Part shown: positions 60,590 to 64,000 of the stretch, piece by piece | Layout: the number at the start of each line of letters is the position of its first letter | Numbering within the stretch: the first letter of the stretch is position 1 | Assembly (NCBI GenBank): GCA_963802455.1 | Contig: CAWDIY010000036.1 | Location: 16,052 to 80,051 of the forward strand | DNA from: an uncultured Alphaproteobacteria bacterium | GTDB taxonomy: Bacteria > Pseudomonadota > Alphaproteobacteria > Rhizobiales > Rhizobiaceae | Length of the DNA: 64,000 bases | Direction: 5' to 3' | Program-made: the position numbers and the translations under genes | The notes under the pieces: generated by a model | The model's input: only the letters and a program-made list of their open reading frames with translations | Databases searched by the model: none | Told to the model about the DNA's origin: nothing

Positions 60590-62125
60590 ATGATGGTTGC
60601 GCGCGTGAGTACGATTGCGTTTGAGGGGATCGAGGCGGTGCCGGTTGATGTGCAGGTCATGTTCGGACCGGGCAAGCAAAATATGCACATCGTCGGGCTT
60701 GGCGACAAGGCTGTGGCCGAGAGCCGGGAGCGGGTGCAGGCGGCGCTGCATGCGTCAGGTCTTTCTTTGCCGCCGAAGAAAATCACCGTTAATCTCGCGC
60801 CCGCTGATCTGCCCAAAGAGGGCAGCCATTATGACTTGCCGATCGCGCTTGGCCTGATGGCGGCTCTGGGGGCTATACCGGGCGATTCGCTGCAAGGGTT
60901 TGTCGTGCTCGGCGAATTGTCGCTTGACGGGACCATCGCGCCCGTCGCGGGGGTTCTGCCCGCCGCCATCGGGGCCAACGCTTTGGGCAAGGGCCTTATC
61001 TGCCCGCACGAATGCGGGCCGGAGGCGGCTTGGGCGGGCGATGACATGGAGATTGTCGCGCCGCGCAGCCTGATCGCGCTCGCCAACCATTTCCGCGGCA
61101 CGCAGGTTTTGCGGCGGCCGGAGCCGGCGGTGCGGCCGCAGAGCGAGGACCTGCTCGATCTCGCCGACTGCAAGGGGCAGGAAACCGCCAAGCGGGCGCT
61201 GGAAGTCGCGGCGGCGGGCGGACATAACCTTTTGATGATCGGGCCCCCCGGTTCCGGCAAATCGATGCTGGCGCAGCGGCTGCCTTCCATATTGCCGCCT
61301 TTGTCGCCGAAAGAATTGCTGGAAGCCTCGATGATCGCCTCGGTGGCGGGGGAACTGTCGGACGGCAAACTTTCGCTGCGCCGCCCCTTCCGCGCGCCGC
61401 ACCATTCGGCGTCGATGGCGGCGATGGTCGGTGGCGGCACCCGGGCGCGGCCCGGCGAGGTGTCGCTGGCGCATAATGGTGTGCTTTTTCTTGATGAGTT
61501 TCCGGAATTCACGCCGCAGGTGCTTGATTCGCTGCGTCAGCCGCTGGAGACCGGCGACTGCATGATCGCGCGGGTCAATCACCGGGTCTCTTATCCGGCG
61601 CGGTTTCAGCTGATTGCGGCGATGAACCCGTGCCGCTGCGGCATGGCGGGCGAGCCGGGCATGACCTGCGCGCGCGGCCCGCGCTGCCAGAGCGATTATC
61701 AGGCGCGCATTTCAGGGCCGATGATGGATCGGATCGATCTGCGGGTGGAGGTTCCGGCGCTGACGCCGAGTGATTTGATCCGTCCGAACAAGCCGGAAAC
61801 CAGCGCGGTCGTGGCCAAGCGCGTGGCGCGGGCGCGGCAAATACAAAGGGAGCGGTTTGAAAGGCGCGGGCTGCCAAGCGTCTCCACCAACACACAGTGT
61901 TCGGCGGCGATGATCGAGGAAATCGCTGCGCCGGACGCGGGCGGGGCGGCGCTTCTGGCGGATGCGAGCGCGCAGCTCAGATTTTCGGCCCGCGCCTACC
62001 ACAGGATTTTGAAAGTCGCGCGCACGCTGGCCGATCTTGACGAGGCGGAGCAGGTTGGGCGCATTCATCTGGCCGAGGCGATATCCTACCGGATGCCTGG
62101 CGAACGTTTGGCGCGGGCCGCCTGA
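60590..62125 (+). CDS. comM: YifB/ComM family Mg-chelatase-like AAA+ ATPase
   Basis: The start is ATG 60590 or 60593 (MMVARVSTIAFEGIEAVPVDVQV). Walker A GPPGSGKSM, Walker B VLFLDEFPEF, and a Zn-finger-like CRCGMAGEPGMTCARGPRC are present. Confidence 0.9.
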   Translation: MMVARVSTIAFEGIEAVPVDVQVMFGPGKQNMHIVGLGDKAVAESRERVQAALHASGLSLPPKKITVNLAPADLPKEGSHYDLPIALGLMAALGAIPGDSLQGFVVLGELSLDGTIAPVAGVLPAAIGANALGKGLICPHECGPEAAWAGDDMEIVAPRSLIALANHFRGTQVLRRPEPAVRPQSEDLLDLADCKGQETAKRALEVAAAGGHNLLMIGPPGSGKSMLAQRLPSILPPLSPKELLEASMIASVAGELSDGKLSLRRPFRAPHHSASMAAMVGGGTRARPGEVSLAHNGVLFLDEFPEFTPQVLDSLRQPLETGDCMIARVNHRVSYPARFQLIAAMNPCRCGMAGEPGMTCARGPRCQSDYQARISGPMMDRIDLRVEVPALTPSDLIRPNKPETSAVVAKRVARARQIQRERFERRGLPSVSTNTQCSAAMIEEIAAPDAGGAALLADASAQLRFSARAYHRILKVARTLADLDEAEQVGRIHLAEAISYRMPGERLARAA

Positions 62126-62165
62126 CCGTCTTCCAAGCCTGGGCCCTGCCGCCAATTCGCCGCCA

Positions 62166-63109
62166 TTACCGCTCGCCCCTTCTGTATGGCGTCATCAGAG
62201 CCTGCGGATATGCGGCGCGGCGTGACATGATGACGAGCGCGATGATGGACAGGACAAATGGCAGCATCAGGAAAAGCTGATAGGGAACATAACCGCCCGC
62301 CAATTGCTGCAGCCGAAGCTGATAGGCGTCGAACGCGCCGAACAATACCGCGCCCAGACAGCGCTTTGCCCGGACGCCACGAGCCAAAGACGACCAGCGC
62401 AATGCAAATCCAGCCGCGGCCATTGACCATTTCGAAAAAGAAGGAATTGAAGGCGGAAAGGGTGAGGAAAGACCCGCCAACACCCATCAGGGCGCTGCCC
62501 GCTATCACCGCGCCGATCCGGATCCGGTTGACATCAATGCCCTGCGCCTCGACCGCCATCGGGTTTTCGCCAGCGGTGCGCACGGCGAGGCCCAGCGGCG
62601 TGCGGTAGAGAAACCATGCGGCCAGCAGCGACGGCGGCGAAGGCCAGATAGGTCAGCGGCGTCTGGCGGAACAGCGCTTCGCCAATGATTGGAATATCGG
62701 AGAGATACGGCACGCTCCAGCTTTGAAACGGCTCGATCTTTGGCGGCGATGTCACCTCGGGCAGGGCGAGCCTGTAGGTGTAGTAGGACAGCGAGGAGGC
62801 GAGCAGCGTGATGCCAATTCCGGTCACGTGCTGCGACAGGCCGAGCGGCACAACGAGCACAGCGTGCAGGAGGCCGAACAGCGCGCCCGTCAGCGCGGCA
62901 ACGGCGACGCCCAGCCACAGGTCGCCGCCCAGATAGACTGTAAGCCAGCCAGAGAAGGCGCCGGCCGTCATGATGCCTTCTATGCCGAGATTGAGCACCC
63001 CCGCCCGCTCGCAGATCAGCTCGCCCAGAGTGGCAAAAATCAACGGCGAGGCGATGCGGATGGCGGCGGCCCAGAGCGATGCGGTGAAAAGGATTTCAAT
63101 CGCCTGCAT
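62166..63109 (-). pseudogene. ABC transporter permease (BMP/nucleoside-type, YufQ-like), two +1 frame breaks (about 62620 and about 62370)
   Basis: Covered by ORFs 62534..63109, 62086..62583 and 62166..62483: MQAIEILFTASLWAAAIRIASPLIFATLGE..., ...VRTAGENPMAVEAQGIDVNRIR..., ...AVLFGAFDAYQLRLQ.... Confidence 0.75.
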
Positions 63110-63112
63110 GGC

Positions 63113-64000
63113 TCACCTCCACCTTATGCGGAAGCGCGTCAGCATCATGGCTGTGACCATGGAGAGAAGCGAGGCGGCGACCATGACCTGCGCAATGTAG
63201 CTCGGCACTCCGGCGCTGCGGCTCATCGCATCCGCCCCGACAAAGACTGCGGCGACGAAGATCGCCGCAGCGACGACGCCGAGCGGATGCAGCATGGCGA
63301 GCATGGCGACGACAATGCCGGTGTAGCCAAAGCCGGGCGACAGATCGAGCGTCAGATTGCCCTTCAAGCCGGCAACTTCGGAGAAGCCGGCCAGTCCTGC
63401 AAGGCCACCCGAGAGCAGCGCAGTCTTTGCCAGGACGCGGTTGACCGGAATGCCGGCGAAGCGCGCCGCTTTGGCATTGGAACCCACGGCCCGCATCTCA
63501 TATCCCAGCGCTGTCTTCCAGTCGATGATCCAGACTGCCACCGCCGCCGCCAAACCGATGACAAAGCCGAAATGGAGCCGCTTGCCGGCGATCAGCTTTG
63601 GCAGCGCGGCGTCTGCGATCACCTTCTTCGACTGCGGCCAGCCCAGCCCTGCCGGATCTTTCAACGCGCCTTCCAGCAGCAAGCTGACGAACAGGATCAT
63701 GATGAAATTGATCAGGAGTGTCGTGACCACCTCGTCCACTCCAAAGCGTGTTTTGAGAAAAGCCGGCACAGACAGCATCACCGCTCCCGCCAACATGGAC
63801 GCAATGACGAGAATTGGAAGCAGCAGCGGCGCGGGAAGCTGCAGCGCGCCTGCGCCCAGCGCTGCCGTCATCACCGCCCCCGCATATAGCTGCGCCTCGC
63901 CGCCAATGTTCCATAGCCTGGCGCGGAATGCCACTGCGGCGGCGAGGCCGGTGAATATCAGCGGCGTGGCGCGGGTCAGGGTTTCGAAGAATGCAAACTG
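63113..64000 (-). CDS. ABC transporter permease (BMP/nucleoside-type, YufP-like), 5' end beyond the window
   Basis: The frame is open to the window edge (...FETLTRATPLIFTGLAAAVAFRARLWNIGGEAQLY...). Stop at 63113-63115. Confidence 0.75.
   Translation of the reverse strand, partial: QFAFFETLTRATPLIFTGLAAAVAFRARLWNIGGEAQLYAGAVMTAALGAGALQLPAPLLLPILVIASMLAGAVMLSVPAFLKTRFGVDEVVTTLLINFIMILFVSLLLEGALKDPAGLGWPQSKKVIADAALPKLIAGKRLHFGFVIGLAAAVAVWIIDWKTALGYEMRAVGSNAKAARFAGIPVNRVLAKTALLSGGLAGLAGFSEVAGLKGNLTLDLSPGFGYTGIVVAMLAMLHPLGVVAAAIFVAAVFVGADAMSRSAGVPSYIAQVMVAASLLSMVTAMMLTRFRIRWR

Overview
High-GC (about 62-65%) chromosomal segment. Gene content, the glgP-glgB-glgC-glgA-pgm-glgX order and a GTTC-N7-GTTC SOS box suggest an alphaproteobacterium of the Hyphomicrobiales/Rhizobiales type; this is inference only. 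Left to right: (1) 1-12235, a reductive pyrimidine catabolism cluster (preA 3' end, RutR-like TetR regulator, beta-alanine-type transaminase, GNAT, carbamoyl-amino-acid amidohydrolase, dihydropyrimidinase) with a NitT/TauT-type ABC importer. It is interrupted by two DUF559 nuclease genes embedded in a local swarm of GGGGAGGGG-type REP/REPIN repeats. (2) 12290-15605, an orphan HigA-like HTH gene, then a secreted CRTAC1/ASPIC-UnbV protein and a PAP2/vanadium-haloperoxidase-like protein. (3) 15638-23441, a xylose locus (XylF-type ABC transporter, ROK regulator, xylB, xylA). (4) 23633-34784, the glycogen operon. (5) 34852-38645, housekeeping genes (DUF2244, nth, VOC, adenosine kinase, TRIC channel). 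(6) 38642-44189, a heavily frame-broken Type III restriction-modification locus (mod-rhuM-res) next to tRNA-Leu(CAG). (7) 44411-54000, housekeeping genes (gpmA, dapB, glk, mepA, SDR, queG, GST, uppP, hydroxyproline dehydratase-type enzyme, decayed GNAT, dut). (8) 54161-57806, a lower-GC module with a LuxR-type regulator, a RoxA/MauG-like dihaem cytochrome c and an RlpA-like protein. (9) 57803-64000, an SMP-30 lactonase, KDPGal-type aldolase, gshB, LexA-box-preceded comM and two BMP-type ABC permeases. Across the window, about 40 single-nucleotide frame breaks split about 21 otherwise conserved genes, with very uneven density. I cannot tell from sequence alone whether these are consensus errors or real decay. 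The most unusual architecture is a DUF559 gene bracketed by a perfect 27-bp inverted REP pair, which resembles a RAYT arrangement but has no RAYT.
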